The notes below the pieces were generated by a model. It searched no databases. It was not told the origin of the DNA and saw nothing but the letters and a program-made list of their open reading frames with translations. Below are positions 61,809 through 64,000 of a DNA stretch of 64,000 nt, one piece after another. Origin of the DNA: Octopus bimaculoides (lineage: Eukaryota); the NCBI RefSeq assembly GCF_001194135.2, contig NC_068998.1:13928259-13992258 (forward strand), read 5' to 3'. Each line of letters opens with the position of its first letter. Position 1 is the stretch's first letter. The position numbers and the translations under genes were made by a program.

Positions 61809-63766
61809 TCATATAATTCAAAAACAGACATAATCGAGAAAATTCCTCTTACTTTATTGTATCATTCCGGATTTCGCTCGAATTTGACGTCAGTGTTACT
61901 TAGTTTGATTTGAAACAAAGCGCTTGATTAGCTTAATAATCCTAACTAAAACACGGGCTATACTATACTGTTAGTATCTATATATATATATATATAGTTC
62001 AAAAAAAGGAGAAAGACAAAAAACAACAACGTGAGGACGTGATACAGATAGTGTTACTAGACGCTCGGGGAAAGGAAAGAGTGAGAGTATGACGTTTCGA
62101 GCAGAAACAAGGAAAGTTCAAAGAAGGGAAAAACGGAGGAAGAAAAAATCGCCACCGATGTCCACGAGGTTACATTGTGGAATATATATATATATATATG
62201 TATATATCTGAGAGATTTAGAAGTTCATTATTTCTAATATATATATTCTTTTTTTTTGAAAAACAACTTTCTTCCAAACAATGTCACCAGGTTTTTGCCA
62301 TTTTTAAAGGCCAAGAATAAACTTGTCATTGAAAGAACTGATCAGCTGTAAACACAATTTTCTTCTTTCACCTTTCCTTCTCTTTCCTATTGACACACCT
62401 TTCAGATACACAGGCACGCGCACACACACACCAATACAAAAACACTCACACACACACACTCTCCTTCTCACTTTTTCCTCCATTCCTCACCCTTTTTTAC
62501 TATCCTATATATCTCTCTCCACCCCTACACATTCAATAATACTATAAAAAGAGAAAGATCCTCTGAAGTAGAATCATATTTGAAAAACCTACAAGAATAG
62601 GTGCAAGCGCTAATATTCATAAAACATGTGACATATTAATAAAAATCTGTTAATGTACAACCATCCAGATATCTGAGTACCTTATTTTTTTTTTCCAATA
62701 TATATATATATATTAAAGATAAGTATTTTCAGTGGAAAAGGTGTGAGATTTGGTTGTTGTTTCTAGCACATCCCAAGACCACACTCCTCATTTTCACTCT
62801 CACATGTATTGATGTTTTTTCAATATTTTTCTCTCATTAAACACATTTTGTGGAATTTTGATGCCGAAGTAACACACGCGTGGTCTGTTGGTGGGATTAT
62901 AAGCAACAACCGAAAAATGGTAATTAAAATTTTTTATCCCCCANNNNNNNNNNNNNNNNNNNNNNNNNNNNNNNNNNNNNNNNNNNNNNNNNNNNNNNNN
63001 NNNNNNNNNNNNNNNNNNNNNNNNNNNNNNNNNNNNNNNNNNNNNNNNNNNNNNNNNNNNNNNNNNNNNNNNNNNNNNNNNNNNNNNNNNNNNNNNNNNN
63101 NNNNNNNNNNNNNNNNNNNNNNNNNNNNNNNNNNNNNNNNNNNNNNNNNNNNNNNNNNNNNNNNNNNNNNNNNNNNNNNNNNNNNNNNNNNNNNNNNNNN
63201 NNNNNNNNNNNNNNNNNNNNNNNNNNNNNNNNNNNNNNNNNNNNNNNNNNNNATATATACAGATATCATATACGTGCGTGCGTGTTTGTGTGTGTATACT
63301 ATATATGTCCCCCACCACCGCTTGACAACAGGCGCTGATTAGTTTTTATCTTTGTAAATAAATAGAAATCGTTGTGTGTAATTTGAGGAAGATTTCGTTG
63401 TTATATCGAGCATGCCTAACGATCATGTAAGATGCTCTTTTGTTTATTCGTTTTGTAGCAGTAAATGTATTACCGTAAATATTTTTATCGGTTCTTACAA
63501 ATAAAACTGGAATTATCTCCCTTGTTCATTTGTCTTTACTGTTGAATTAAAGAAAGTTATGATTTATAAATTTTATAATGTCAAGAAATTAAAACATTAA
63601 TTTACTAAACAACTGAATTAGAAATAATGAGTTGCAGTAGGTGGTTTATAATATATATGATGAAATTTGTTGAAAAATTAATATTTCAAAGTAATATTAA
63701 AGGCAATATCAGTGAAGTTACAATGCAAGTATTGTAATATATCAGTTTAGTGAAAGCGAAACGAAC

Positions 63767-63929
63767 ATACTTACCTGGCACAGGAGTAAACCATGATCCT
63801 CAAGGTGGTTCTCCCGAAGTGAGACCCTTCCATTGCACTCCGGTTGGGTTGACCTTTGCGATCGCCCCAAATGTGGGCGACTCGGGTGCGCTATTTCTAA
63901 GTGTGGGGTCTGCGTTCGCGCTCACCCCG
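63767..63929 (+). ncRNA. U1: U1 snRNA, copy 3
   Basis: Same architecture, 163 nt; SL1 loop GATCCTCAAG. Confidence 0.96.
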
Positions 63930-64000
63930 TCATATAATCAAAAAATAGACGGTCAGACTACAGGAGATGGAATTTCTCCGTCTGACAGATTTTCCAGCTT

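Noticed and set aside
60245-61913. ORFs 60245-60454, 60177-60392 and 61620-61913
   Set aside because: They are translations of the U1 snRNA genes.
58545-62770. Repeated GCT(G/A)TTTCTAGCA motif near the U1 cluster, resembling the U1 Sm-site region
   Set aside because: Its reverse complement (GCTAGAAATAGC) is part of a dispersed repeat found across the window (e.g. about 25000, 41220), so the resemblance is probably coincidental.
1-64000. CRISPR arrays, operons, phage or other prokaryotic systems
   Set aside because: No repeat-spacer arrays with unique spacers; the window has spliceosomal introns, U1 genes and SINEs, and ORF-track starts at TTG/GTG are not meaningful here.

Overview
AT-rich, microsatellite- and SINE-dense eukaryotic (animal) scaffold with nine N-gaps. 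The repeat landscape suggests an octopus or other coleoid cephalopod (inference). No prokaryotic features or CRISPR arrays. Two spliced protein genes point toward each other. (1) The last two exons of riboflavin kinase (RFK, + strand, 1775-1877 and 4773-4888). (2) An 11-exon TBC-domain RabGAP on the - strand (37807 down to 20395), which I assembled with canonical AG/GT sites and consistent phases (1942 nt, about 646 codons). It has intact IxxDxxR and YxQ catalytic fingers, a single 719-nt exon inserts about 240 Ser-rich residues into the domain, and its 5' end is unresolved. The right end holds three non-identical 163-nt U1 snRNA genes with variant U1-70K loops and an atypical Sm site. The most unexpected signal is six hammerhead-ribozyme-like motifs in unrelated sequence contexts. 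Two have a complete core, one is near-complete and three are decayed. Three lie inside inverted repeats and all six are on the + strand, antisense to the TBC gene. Also present: a retroposon with a 139-bp flanking duplication, fold-back elements enclosing telomeric repeats, mariner and hAT MITEs, LINE fragments and several SINE families.
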